Part shown: in pieces, positions 24,322 to 36,714 of the stretch
How the letters are laid out: each line of letters starts with the position of its first letter
Position numbering within the stretch: position 1 is the first letter of the stretch
Assembly: GCA_030324005.1 (NCBI GenBank)
Contig: JARDVH010000106.1
Span: 41,016,640-41,080,639, forward strand
Source of the DNA: Negaprion brevirostris
Lineage: Eukaryota
Reading direction: 5' to 3'
Length of the DNA stretch: 64,000 bases
Notes under the pieces: generated by a model
What the model was told of the DNA's origin: nothing
The model's database searches: none
Seen by the model: the letters and a program-made list of their open reading frames with translations, nothing else
Made by a program: the position numbers and the translations under genes

Positions 24322-24628
24322 TTTGATTTGATTTATTGTCACAAGTATTAGTAAACAATGAAAAGTATTGTTTCTTGCCTGCAATACAGACAAAGCATAC
24401 CATTCATAGAGAAGAAGAGAGTGCAGAATGTGTTATAGTCATAACTAGAGTATAGAGAAAGATCAATTTCATGCGAAGTAGGTCCATTCAAAAGCCTGAC
24501 GGCAGCAGGGAAGAAGCTGTTCTTGAGTTGGTTGGTACATGACCTCAGACTTTTATATTTTTTCCCAATGTAAGAAGGTGGAAGAGAGAATGTCCTGGGT
24601 GTGTGGCATCCTTTCTTATGCTGGCTGT
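24322..24628 (-). mobile_element. Rex1/Babar-type LINE 3' end
   Basis: Minus translations ASIRKDATHPGHSLFHLL and YKSLRSCTNQLKNSFFPAAVRLLN; ends TTGTGACAATAAATCAAATCAAA. Confidence 0.8.
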
Positions 24629-24729
24629 NNNNNNNNNNNNNNNNNNNNNNNNNNNNNNNNNNNNNNNNNNNNNNNNNNNNNNNNNNNNNNNNNNNNNNNN
24701 NNNNNNNNNNNNNNNNNNNNNNNNNNNNC

Positions 24730-24905
24730 TGAAAATCAAGAAAGACCACATCCACCGGCTCTCCTCTATCCACCGCCCTAGACACACCCTCATAGAACTC
24801 CAATAGATTTGTCAGACACGACTTCCCCTTAATGGATCCGTGCTGCGTCTGCTCTATCAAGCAATTCCCCTCAAGATGCCTCGCTATTTCCTCCTTGATG
24901 ACGGA
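24730..24905 (-). mobile_element. CR1 RT fragment
   Basis: QHGSIKGKSCLTNLLEFYEGVSRAVDRGEPVDVVFLDFQ. Confidence 0.85.
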
Positions 24906-25336
24906 TAATTGATTAGTCTACCACATTTACATATAGATTGCCAAGATGCTGCTACATGTAGCTTAATGGACCCATCATTTCATCAGGATCTTTGCTGGAA
25001 TGTTTATCATTTGGTCATCACACCTTCCTTTGAGTTATTCTTCGAGAGCACTCGCTTTTCTTTCATTCATTCATGAAGAGTCACTGGGCAGATTCAGCAT
25101 TTATTGCCTGTCTCTGAATCAGCCACATTGCTGTGGCTCTGGAGTCTCATGGAGGCCAGACTAGGTAAGGATGGTAGATTTCCTTCACTAAAGGGCATTA
25201 CTGCCACATCAAACAGAGATGCATCACCCTGTGAACTGCTCAAATACTCTCCGGCCTGTTGCTCCAGGGCAATAGACAAGTATCACTTTCTTATAATTCG
25301 CTGCTACATCTGGATTTGATTTAATTTACTAATATA

Positions 25337-25700
25337 TATTTGATTTAATTTCTTATTGTGTCATGTATTAACATACAATGGAAAGTATTGTTTCTTGAGT
25401 GCTATACAGACAAAGCATACTGTTCATAAAGAAGGGGAAGAGGGAGCGCAGAATGTAATGTTACAGTCACAGCTAGGGTGTGGAGAAAGATCAACTTAAT
25501 GCAAGGTAATCCATTCAAAAGTTTGATGGCAGTAAGGAGGAAATTGTTCTTGAGTTGGTAGGTATGTGACCTCAGACTTTTATATTTTTTCCCAATGGAA
25601 GAAGGTGGAAGAGAGAATGTCCTGGGTGTGTGGCATCCTTTCTTATGCTGGCTGTTTTTCCAAGGCAGCAGGGTCAATGGATGGGAGGCATGATGACAGT
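25337..25700 (-). mobile_element. Rex1/Babar-type LINE 3' end
   Basis: KKYKSLRSHTYQLKNNFLLTAIKLLNG; same family as 24322-24628 and 52795-53890. Confidence 0.8.
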
Positions 25701-25899
25701 GCAGTGTTAATTAACATTGCAGTGCTAATGTAAACCTACTTGTGACACTAATAAATAAACTTAAAATTAAGATTTCCAGTGTGGATAAAACTACCACATT
25801 CCAGGTAATCCTCCTATGGAATTCACACCTGCAGATGTCAAGGTTTACTTCAAGGATAAGCAAACTTAAAATGGCTGCCACCCTTTGCGTCACTCAAAA

Positions 25900-27032
25900 G
25901 CCACATTCCGTTAGGCTGGAGACAGAGGGGCTACAGAAACAATGGCTACATTGGAGGTGTCGGTGTGTTCATAACTCATTATATGAAAGAATGAGTCGAT
26001 CAGAAATGATTTGGACATTAAAAAAAAATCACCAAGGCCACAACACAATGGCCAAGGTCTTTCCTGATGTGAGCTAATCAATTATCTTTGCTGGAGTACT
26101 CAATCTTTATGAGATCGCCACTTTGAAATGTCTTTTATTGTAAACCCTTGATTGCAGTCTGGAGAATGAACATTTGAAGTCAGCAAAAGGCTGCATACAT
26201 CCCTCTCTTTCAACTTAAGTGAGCCCTGCCTGCTTATACCAGACTACAAACAGNNNNNNNNNNNNNNNNNNNNNNNNNNNNNNNNNNNNNNNNNNNNNNN
26301 NNNNNNNNNNNNNNNNNNNNNNNNNNNNNNNNNNNNNNNNNNNNNNNNNNNNNCATCTACGAAATGCCGTCCATGACCTTCAATCAAGAGCGCGAAAAGC
26401 CCAATCGAACTGGGAAGAGTTCTTTTAGTCAAACAAGTTATCTCTCTCGTGTCCATGACATGGAAAAGTCATTACGGAATCGGTTCATTCGGAATTAGGC
26501 AACCCTCCAGGCGAAATTCCAGTAGAACTAGTTTTCGTGAGCCGCAAGATTCTGTTATATGTTCCTCGGAGAGCTTTCCTTTTTTCTTTTCCTTGGGTTT
26601 CTTGAGAGAGAGGACAATGACAACAACACAATCTGTTTCCAAGAAGAAAAATAAAGAACCACAGTCTAAGAGCTGATTCAGCTGTGAATTGCAACAAAGG
26701 ACTCAATCCGTGATCACGATACATCTTTGCCTTTTATCATTGAATTTTAACTTGCTCAAAATTAACGTCCTCTCCTCTGTAACTTGCATTTTTGAAAGCT
26801 TATGTGTTCACCTATGTTTTTTGGCAGTCAGGATATGTTTGCCTTTTTTCAATGTATTATCTTTACCTAGATAGGCTTTTAGCTTACTTAATCTCAATTA
26901 TGCTTGGCAGACTGAGTTTTTTGTAATCAATATATAGCCAGTTTTAATATCAAAATACCCTGTTACAATCAACCAAGGAATGGGAAAAAAGTGGAGTGAG
27001 AATCCTTGCACCCTTCTTCGCCAGGTTATAAC
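25900..27032 (+). mobile_element. Solo-LTR-like element (spans a gap)
   Basis: Ends CCAGGTTATAACA like 44538; relatively CpG-rich interior; no coding similarity; left boundary uncertain. Confidence 0.35.
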
Positions 27033-30000
27033 ACACTGTACATCGCAATTCAAATCTGAGCATCTTTTAACCAAGAAACTACACTAAGAATATGTCATTG
27101 AGTTAAATGATTAATTTTCTTAATCTTATAACTCAGAGGTTGCAATATTTAAATTCTGAAACATTTGAAATTGCTTCAAGAATTTTGGGATCAAAATTAA
27201 GTAATTAAGTGAATGTTTAACTCATTGATACCTGAAAACATTTGGAGGGGGATTCTGATTTATATAGGGAGGAGGATTCTGATCTATATGGAAGGGAATA
27301 ATAATAATACACATTTTTCCATTGAATAGGAGGGAGAAAGGGAAGTCCAAAGCAGGTTATTGGTTTACAGCTAGCCCTGTCCACATTGAGCTGAAGAAGT
27401 TTAGCTTCCACCAAGGACAGTGAAGGCCAAAACCAACTGTCCTCCTGCAAAGGCCAACATAGACAAGTTCTCACTTTTTAGAGACTAGCACAGCTCTGTT
27501 TATGTTCAGCTGGAGCTACTAGGGTTCTACACTGTAGCGATGATTGAGACAGCATTGTCAAGGCACAAAAGGACTGCCTTTGAGTGCCTCAAGCTAGCAA
27601 TACTTATGCCTAAGGCATCTAGACATTTCCAGTAAACAGTATTTTAGAAAAACGTCCCTTCCAATATCACATCTGGCATATAAATGAAAGAATTCTAATC
27701 ACAATCAATCACTTAATCCATGCAAAACATTTTCCAGTTCATCAGCACTGATAATCTCATCACTCTTCGATTATTGCAAACCTCTATTGTGCTGTAGGAA
27801 GTGGTACATTCAAGACAAGGATTATCCATTTTTTTGGAAACAACAAGAAAGTAAAATACTTTGGCACGGTTTCCAAAATGTTGACTTTTATCGGCTGCAA
27901 TGACACCCTAGGATTGGGACAGAAATAAATTTGCAAGTAAAATTAACATTGCTAAATGCATTTTCAATTAATGAAAGCATTTTTAAATATTTCCTAATTT
28001 TAACATAATTGTGAATGAACATGATGTGCATTTTCAGTAAAAGTGTGAAAACACAACATTCAGTTCAATATTTTCTGTTAAGAAACAAGTCTGAACAAAC
28101 AAGCTGTAACACAAGTGCTGTGATATTCTTTGATTCCAAATACAAGATTTTGAGAGTCATACTTAAGTTCAGTAATCATACCTTCCCTCATTCATAATAA
28201 AGTTAGAAGCCATTTTCTTAATATGGCAGTCAGAGGAGAAATTAAATGAATGGACATGACTTTGTGAACATTGACCATGATATATGACGGTTACTGAAGG
28301 CTGTAGCGATCATTATTAACCAGTAGATCATTATTTCACAATTTTAAACATTTCATTTTTGAAACGTTAAGAGCACAATAAGCTAGTTTTTCCTAAGTTA
28401 GGTTTCTGCCGGGAAGCCCTGAGTTTACTTCCCATTCTTTAGGAGTTACATATATGTTTGGGAAACGGTATTAGTTGCATTTACAGATTTTCTCAGACTT
28501 GGGCTGGATATATCGCAAAAGCTACTTGAAAAGAAAAGGCATAAAACATTGGAGCACAACTATGGTTTTTGCATTTTCCAAGGGGGTAGCATAAGTCTCA
28601 ACACACTTTCAAAAAGGAGCTTCTCCTTTTTGGAGGGATCTGGAGTTGACCGAACAAAACCTGGAGGTAAACACAGGTTTAGGGATTGCTGTAAGAACCC
28701 AGAGATGAGGCTAGGGATTAGCCAAAAGAAGTCCCAAGGTATCAGTGTTTGATTGATATTAGAATTCAATATTAGGTTTGAAGTGTAAGAAGAAAGTGAA
28801 AGCTGCCTTTAGCATTCAATACTAAAAGGGGCTGGTGAATTCACTAGAACCAAATGGACTGAGGTAGAAACTTTAAAACTTCAAGAGTCAAGAGACCAGC
28901 TTTTAGGAACCAAAAGAGAGGACCCAGAATTCTGTTTCATGCCAAGCCTTGACTAGTGGAATGTCAAGTGTTAATATTTTTTGTTCAATAACCCTTGTTG
29001 GATTTCATCTTTAAATTAGTGATCACACGTTTTTCCAATAATGTCATTCCCCACAAGAATTAATAGATTTCAAATCCTAACAGACTTCACTCATATGCAA
29101 GGCCATGTTTCCAATAAATCATATCCATTCCTTCTCCTTTGGGTTACTGCTTGTTCTGTAAACCTTCCAGGCCACTATTAAAGATGAATCTGACAGATAC
29201 CACACCTCTGTCTTCTGGAGGTCACTTACAAAGTTAAATTTTCTTTCTCCATTTTCAAAGCTCTCCTTAAAACATGTCCACCTCTGACAGCCCCTTCAAT
29301 CTCCCAGTTAAAATACCTGTACTTCCCATTTAGGGTCCATCTTTTCTGCATATGTTGGCTCTTTTACACACAAGGAGTACTATATATCATTTAAGTTTAT
29401 AAACTCAATGCCCACTTCTTCCCACAATCAACAAGCCAACTAACCCATAACTGGCAGCACAGAATTAATCTAACAGGATGAACGCCTACCTCCAGCTTGG
29501 TGCAAAGTATTATTCTGTGGTTTAAGAAAGTGATGTGGCAGACGCGGCACCGAGTACACAACAAACAAGACTGCTGTGAATTTGTGCATAACTGGAAGAA
29601 GATGCAATAACATTTTTGATGAATGTAAACTAAACCTGACACAGACTTTGCATTCAACCAAACATTCTTTCCCACCTTCTATAGTAGCACACAATTACAA
29701 GTTAAATCCTCTCTGTTCCTTTCAGAGGTTTTATATTTGATCCAACAATCTAACAAAATGTTGGTAAATGTAGAATACTATAATGAAATAATGGCCAAAA
29801 CGATGGACTGGAAAGAACATAAGAAATAGGAGCAGGAGTAGGCCATCTAGCCCATCGAGCCTGCCCTGCCATTCAATAAGATCATGGCTNNNNNNNNNNN
29901 NNNNNNNNNNNNNNNNNNNNNNNNNNNNNNNNNNNNNNNNNNNNNNNNNNNNNNNNNNNNNNNNNNNNNNNNNNNNNNNNNNNNNNNNNNNNNNNNNNNN

Positions 30001-30295
30001 NNNNNNNNNNNNNNNNNNNNNNNNNNNNNNNNNNNNNNNNNNNNNNNNNNNNNNNNNNNNNNNNNNNNNNNNNNNNNNNNNNNNNNNNNNNNNNNNNNNN
30101 NNNNNNNNNNNNNNNNNNNNNNNNNNNNNNNNNNNNNNNNNNNNNNNNNNNNNNNNNNNNNNNNNNNNNNNNNNNNNNNNNNNNNNNNNNNNNNNNNNNN
30201 NNNNNNNNNNNNNNNNNNNNNNNNNNNNNNNNNNNNNNNNNNNNNNNNNNNNNNNNNNNNNNNNNNNNNNNNNNNNNNNNNNNNNNNNNNNNNNN

Positions 30296-30832
30296 CTGTC
30301 CTCCATCTACAAGGCACAAGTCAGGAGTGCAATTGAACACTCTCCTCTTGCTTGGATGAGTGCAGTTCCTATAACATTTAAGAATTTCAACACCACACAA
30401 ACATATTAGCCCACTTAATTAGCACCCCATCCACCACCTTAAAGATTCACTCCTTCCGCCATCAGTGCACATTGGTAGCAGTATCTATCACATACAAGAT
30501 GCATTGCAACAACTCATTAAGGTTCAACAACATTTCTAAACCCACAACCCTCTCTCTACCACTTAGAAGAAAAAGGGCAGCATACCATGTGGGAGCTCCC
30601 TCCACCACCTGCACACCTCACCCCATCTCACTTGGAATTATATTACTGTTCTACCAATATCACTGTGTCAAAATCCTGGAACTCCCTCCCTAACAGCACT
30701 GTGGGAGTACCTATACTAAATGGACTGCAGCATTCAAGAAGCTGGCTCGCCACCACTACCTTGAGGGTGAGTAGGGATGGGCAATAATAAATTCTGGTCT
30801 TGCCAGCAATATTCACATTCCAAGATTATTTT
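30296..30832 (+). mobile_element. CR1-group LINE 3' end (partner of SINE family 2)
   Basis: SIYKAQVRSAIEHSPLAWMSAVP C-terminal motif; tail GTAGGGATGGGCAATAATAAATTCTGGTCTTGCCAGC. Confidence 0.75.
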
Positions 30833-31128
30833 TAAGTCGATATTCTCCACAACTTTACATTAATATTTTCTTCTGGTTTAAAATGGGCAGGCTTTCCATT
30901 GGGTAAACCTCGCAAGTTTGTTGATTTAGAATGTCAAGTCTAGACTAGTCACCATGGGAAGAATGCCCCAAGTTCAGTATGTGAGGAAGACCAGCAGCAA
31001 AGTGAAGGGAACGTCCAGGAAACCAGAGGCATTGTGTATATTTGGGGATTGGCATGTCAGAAAGAAATGCTGCAGGGAGGGCAGACATATATTCCAGGGA
31101 AAGTTGTATCTGTAACTGAAGAGATTTA

Positions 31129-31168
31129 ATCGCTTCTTGGCTTTTTGGCTAAAATCAAGCGCAGTATC
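31129..31168 (+). pseudogene. U2 snRNA 5' fragment (nt 1-40), not a functional gene
   Basis: ATCGCTTCTTGGCTTTTTGGCTAAAATCAAGCGCAGTATC versus U2 ATCGCTTCTCGGCCTTTTGGCTAAGATCAAGTGTAGTATC; no Sm site or 3' stem-loops. Confidence 0.9.
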
Positions 31169-31646
31169 GACATGTTGCACTTGGTTGAAGTCATTAGGTT
31201 ACATTCAGCTTCATTTGAAACAATTTTTAAAAGCGGCATCTCGGCCTTTTGGCTAAGATGCAAATGAGATCAAGCCTTGGAGGAGACACTCTGCCTACTC
31301 CAATCAGCTTGGATCATGTAGATCAAGCTCAAGACAGGAGGTGAGAGCCCNNNNNNNNNNNNNNNNNNNNNNNNNNNNNNNNNNNNNNNNNNNNNNNNNN
31401 NNNNNNNNNNNNNNNNNNNNNNNNNNNNNNNNNNNNNNNNNNNNNNNNNNNNNNNNNNNNNNNNNNNNNNNNNNNNNNNNNNNNNNNNNNNNNNNNNNNN
31501 NNCTCCAATCAGCTTGGATCATGTAGATCAAGCTCAAGACAGGAGGTGAGAGCCCTGTCTTGTCAGCTTGGATCGGGAACGTTTCAAATTGTTGAGACTC
31601 TGAATTGGACTTGATTTGATTGAATTGGAATAAAAACAAAACAAAA
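31129..31646 (+). mobile_element. U2 snRNA-headed short retroposon (SINE-like or non-autonomous U2-targeting element)
   Basis: 31129-31168 matches vertebrate U2 nt 1-40 at 35/40 positions, starting exactly at U2 +1; 31239-31259 matches U2 nt 7-27 at 21/21; A-rich end AATAAAAACAAAACAAAA; the body has a second copy at 15856-16112. Confidence 0.85.
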
Positions 31647-32862
31647 TGAAAATGACTCAGAGTTACCGAGAGTTGACGGTTTTCTCGGGAGCTGTCAACA
31701 ATAACAAATTTTGATTTACAACAGAAACACTTTGTTACAAAGTAGTTCAGTGCCTGGGTATTACTGTAAATATGGTAATAATTTTACACATTAGCCATCT
31801 CACAATTGTGGCAAAGCCAGCACACACAATCACTACTGTTACCATCAGATAAAAGATACTTCTTCTTACATCAGCACCAATTGAAATGGGAGTAAAGCTG
31901 AACTCACTTCAATGCGGTACTAATAGTCATCGTCGGGTTTTATACTGGTTCTTTCATGTATATTAGCTACCACACAACAGGAAACTAAATTGATTTCATT
32001 ATTTATCACTGCACATAGGACCAGATATTTTCAGGGCACATTTAATATTAATACCAAGTCAGATAAAGAAAGAAACTAACAGGGAACTGGATGAAGTAAT
32101 GGATTAAAAACATTGCCACTTTACCTCTGGGGTAAGCCAATAGTCTAAGTGATTAAAGGCAGGACAATCAGAGACACCGTGGGCAGAAGGCTTCTCTGTT
32201 GGCAAAACACTAGCAAAGATCTTGAATTTGGCTGCCTACAAAGGACTTCAATTTACTTTTGCCATTTCTAACTTTCCTATTATCAAGGTATTGTAAGAGT
32301 TTTAATGCCTGCGGATGGTAATTATGTTGGATCGATAAACATTTGGTTGCTTGAAAGCTGCTTTTGTGACTTCGTGCAAATCACTGTACCACTCTGCCTG
32401 GCATATTAAGGAGCAATTCAGCAACAAAAAGCATGCTTTTATACCAATGTGATTGTGACAAGGTAAGTGATGTGATCTGCTCCCAGGTGTATGGCAATGT
32501 CATGTTGTCATGAGCAGTCTGGGGTTGGCCCTTCTCCAATTTTTCCTCTCTCTTCAGGGAGCTGCCTGCCTTCAATTGCATAGCTCCCTTAATGCTGCAG
32601 ATTGGAAAGTCTCTATGTGGAGAATTGCACTTACATTTTATCATAGAATATTGGGAGAAAGATTTGTACCATCGTGGTACAGTGTGGTCTTCTGTAGCTA
32701 AGGCACTTTGTTGAGGTATCAGAGAAATAAGCTTTGCTCCTGGCTGCATTGATGTCACTGACCAGGTAACACTGGATAACTACAAGAGGTGGCAAAAATT
32801 AAGATAAAATGTTCCACTCCTTAGCTCTTAACTTTTAATCTTGATGAGAACTAAATTTGTCA

Positions 32863-32902
32863 TATAAAATTAACACAGTATAAAATTAACACAGTATAAA
32901 AT
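32863..32902 (+). repeat. 16-bp tandem repeat TATAAAATTAACACAG, 2.5 copies
   Basis: Read directly from the sequence. Confidence 0.9.
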
Positions 32903-33284
32903 GACAAGCAAACATGTTCTGCCATCCAAACACACTTAAACTCATTTTCCCGTTCCCAAAAGGTGGAACTAAAACAAACATATTTTTGCCAGGGAAGCGA
33001 TTAAGGAAGACTATTAAAAGAAAAGTAATGCATCAGCATAAAGCTAAACTTCCAAGAAATGATGCATTGACCCAGTGCACTCTTTCCCCCAATATTCTGT
33101 GATAAAATGTATGAGCACAGCTGCAATTCTCCATATAGTGGCCATTTCTATTTATTTTATTTCGTTTTGTTTCATCTTATTCATCTATTTGTGATGGTAA
33201 TTTGTACCTCTCACTGCCTCCACATATCTCTGGCAAGGAAATCATGCAAACTTAAACACTGCCATTCTATCCTCTACCCTGCAG

Positions 33285-34666
33285 AATAAGGCTATCCACA
33301 GCAGAGGAACTGGCGAGGTTGGGAGAGCACCTGTCCAACTCCTGAGTCCCTTGAGATGCTGCTTGGAATCACAGGGCTGGCAGCAGAGACTGCTGCTTAT
33401 CGTGCCACCAAGGCCATCCAGGAAGACATTACGTGACAGCCTGTGCAGTTTCTCAACTCCCTCTGAACCTGTATCTTCAGATGTAGCACAAATTTAAAGC
33501 GGCAGATGGTATGATCATGGACCTCTTGCTATCTACCCACTATCATCCTCACACCAACACTCTGGTTATGATTTGGTGTCACCTGGAAATTTTCAAAGAG
33601 AAGAAAGAAAAGCAACCCCACACTGGGGACAAGGGCGCACCATCACTCAATCTGACTCTTGGAAGACTTCAACTCAGATATTGGCATTGCATGCACTGAC
33701 AGGCTTGTGCAGAGTCAGGACCTGCCTGTGCTGTGTAACTGTGCATGTGGGCTGCAGGCAAGCCGGAGGAAGAGAGTGCATCATGTGTCAACTTTCCAAA
33801 GGACAAGGATGAAGATAATGGCTGGAATTTTACCAGCAGAATGGAATTCTGTATTCTTCTCGGGCAGGATTTTATGAGCCTCATCCAAGCGAGGTACGAA
33901 AATACTACTAGAAGGGTCTCAGATGAGGACTATGGTGGGTCAGCCTCAAGGAAAAGGCTGAGGAGTATGGCCTTTGAGGTGTTTGATGCATTAACAAGCC
34001 TGCCTGGCAGGCTCCCATCAGTCACAAGACCCCATCAAGGCAATGGGAATTGCACAGTGCTTGGAGTCCCTCCATTCCACTGTGGAGTTGGTGGCCAACT
34101 CCATGTCTGCACCTGCAGATCTGACCTTGGAGCATTTGGTGGCTGCTACCTCAGTTTCCAATGCAGCACAAGCAGAAAGCTTGCAACAGCTGACTGCTGC
34201 AGGGGAAGCTGAGGCTGAAAGATTCAGGTTTCATTCCATGCTGGCTCAGATTGCTGCCTCAAAGGGAATCCAGGCTCTTGTAGCAGCTCAGCAATTAGTC
34301 CTCCAAAAGATTAGTCGGGTTGCTGAGGCAATACCCTTGGGGGTGGCAGCGTTTTTGGGGAACATGAGCTGGCTCTTCTCTCCAAGTGAAAACATTCATT
34401 CTTTCATTAGTGCCATTCTGCCAGTGCCCTGGTTATTGCCCATAACCCAACTCACCCCACTGCCCACTCGCTCAGTCGATGCTGTCAGAAACCAGTCAAG
34501 GTGAAAAACTGCTCAAGGGCATCATGCAAGGCCACCTGCAGTCTCCCCCAGTGAAAGTCAGCAGACTTTCACCAGTCATGCCACAGTCACCAGGGGCTGT
34601 GTGAGAGCACTAGGAAAAGCAAAAGCACCTGCAAAACAGGCACTAAGGGATTACACAAGGGTGAGT
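33285..34666 (+). mobile_element. Possible decayed Harbinger-type element (Myb/SANT-partner ORF remnant)
   Basis: GC-elevated block; 33285-33400 loosely resembles the K.AHN.R..TGGG...L.P.E..L.I.G end of Harbinger Myb-like ORFs; interrupted frames. Confidence 0.3.
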
Positions 34667-34851
34667 NNNNNNNNNNNNNNNNNNNNNNNNNNNNNNNNNN
34701 NNNNNNNNNNNNNNNNNNNNNNNNNNNNNNNNNNNNNNNNNNNNNNNNNNNNNNNNNNNNNNNNNNNNNNNNNNNNNNNNNNNNNNNNNNNNNNNNNNNN
34801 NNNNNNNNNNNNNNNNNNNNNNNNNNNNNNNNNNNNNNNNNNNNNNNNNNN

Positions 34852-35047
34852 CTGCGTGTTCTCACTGTGTCTGCGTGGGTTTCCTCTGGGTGCTCCAGTT
34901 TCCTTCCACGGTCCAAAAGATGGATTGGCCATGCTAAATTTTCCCTCAGTATATCCAAACAAGTGCCGGAGCGTGGCAACTAGGAGGTTTTCACAGTAAT
35001 TTAATTGCAGTGTTAATGTATGCCTACTTGTGACACTAATAAATAAA
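34852..35047 (+). mobile_element. HE1-like SINE tail B (5' part lies in the gap)
   Basis: GTGTCTGCGTGGGTTTCCTCTGGG...CTACTTGTGACACTAATAAATAAAT. Confidence 0.85.
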
Positions 35048-35134
35048 TATTGGTGTGGCAAAAGCTTTTTGATGGAAAAAGAGCTTCTTAACCCACTCTC
35101 TGACAGCTCGCCCAATTACAAGGGATTCACAATC

Positions 35135-35282
35135 CAAAAATGTGTAATTAGGTGGATTGACCTTGGTAAATACACAAGGTTATGGAGTTAGAGTGGGTGG
35201 GTCTGGGTAAGATGCTTTTTTGGAAAGTCAATGCAGGCTTGATGGGCCAAATGGTCTCCTGCACTGTAGGGATTTTATGATT
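35135..35282 (+). mobile_element. HE1-like SINE 3' fragment, tail A
   Basis: TTAGGTGGATTGACC...GATGGGCCAAATGGTCTCCTGCACTGTAGGGATTTTATGATTC. Confidence 0.75.
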
Positions 35283-36714
35283 CCATTGCAAGAGGAATGG
35301 AATATAAAAGTGGGGATGTCTTGCTGCAGCTGTACAGGGCTTTTGTGTCACCACTTCTTGAATATGTGTACAGTTTTGATCTCTTATTTGGATAAAACTG
35401 CTTTCAAAGCAGTTTAGAGAAGGCTCACAACTCACAAAGCAGAATAAAGGACTATTTTGCGTTAGCTATCAAGTAGGATGCAGAGGAGAACAGATTATCT
35501 ATTAAAAGGTTCAGGACTTGGAGGCTTAAAGACCAAGGGGCCACCAGAGTGGACCTTGCTATCTGTTCAGAAATACTCAGAAGGCTGGGTGAAGCAACTT
35601 TCAAAAGTTTCCAGGAGATTTACCTTGGTGCAAGAGAGAAGAAAGCCTATTGAAATGTAGGAGCAATGTGGGACTTCATCTGGAACCACTCGTTGAGAGT
35701 ACTGCAAAATGTATAAATTTTGGGTCAAAAAGCATTTTTGGTTGAGTTAATTCACTTTATGGGGAAGTACCTTTTCTCTAGTTTGATATATTGGAAGTAA
35801 TCTTGAATATATGTTAATTTTAGCTTTTTTTTACTCTAACACTATATATGATATTTTGTCATGCAATTCTGTTGGTTGTTAGAAAATTCTTTTTTTTTAA
35901 GTTATTAGTCTCTGGGGGATGGTAACAAGATAAAGATATTCGTAGATTCATGGGAAAAAGGCAAAAATGAGAGATTGGGAGGAGGGTGGAAAGGGGAGAG
36001 AAGGGTCATAAAACAGATATAAGAAAGAGTGTCTGATAAAAAGAGAAACAGATATTTTATGGAGTATTGTGGTTAAAAAGACAGTTTTAAAAATACATTC
36101 TCCCCTATTTTCAGGCCCCATCTTTTCATCATTAATTGCTTCTGCGTGGCCTTTCTTCAGCCAAGTGTGGGAACGCAGGGATATTGATTCCTCTAGCACT
36201 TGGAAAAAAAAATCCAATGAAGCTGTGGATCACTTGACAGGGGATTCGCTTACTGCAGGGCGAAAAAGGCACAATGCCATTTCTTCCCTGAGCTGTGACA
36301 CGCCGATGCAGTGCTCTGCAGTTATGTGGCCTACTTCACCCCCAGAGCATTACTAAAATGTAGAGCTGAACACCAGTCTATTGCAAGCAAACAGCAAGCA
36401 TCTTAATGTATGTCAATGGGTTTAAAATCATCAATAATGGGAACTGACACGAGATTCAAGGGTTTAATAAAAAACTATGAGTAATCATCATGTTTCTCAT
36501 TTATTAATTTATCACACTGAAAAGTATTCATGCAATATAAGTGATGAGTTGATAGATTAAAATATCTTGGGTACACATGAGAGATTCAGCTCCTTTTGTT
36601 CTAACTCATAGGACAGTAGGCAAGCGCGTGTGCATGTGTGTGAAGTGACATTAGATTTATGGGATGAATATGTAAATATGTACCTCCTGCTGCACTCCCC
36701 CCCCCCCCCAAGAG

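Noticed and set aside
31129-31168. Functional U2 snRNA gene
   Set aside because: Only nt 1-40 are present, with substitutions in the branch-point recognition region (GCGCAGTA versus GTGTAGTA). There is no Sm site, no 3' half and no recognisable upstream PSE.
31298-31555. Tandem 53-bp repeat inside the U2-headed element
   Set aside because: The two units are identical and flank an N-gap, and the other copy has a single unit, so this is most likely a contig-overlap artefact.
33745-34504. 155-aa and 153-aa ORFs as a gene
   Set aside because: The ORFs overlap in different frames with no recognisable domain; a decayed transposon-derived block explains them better.
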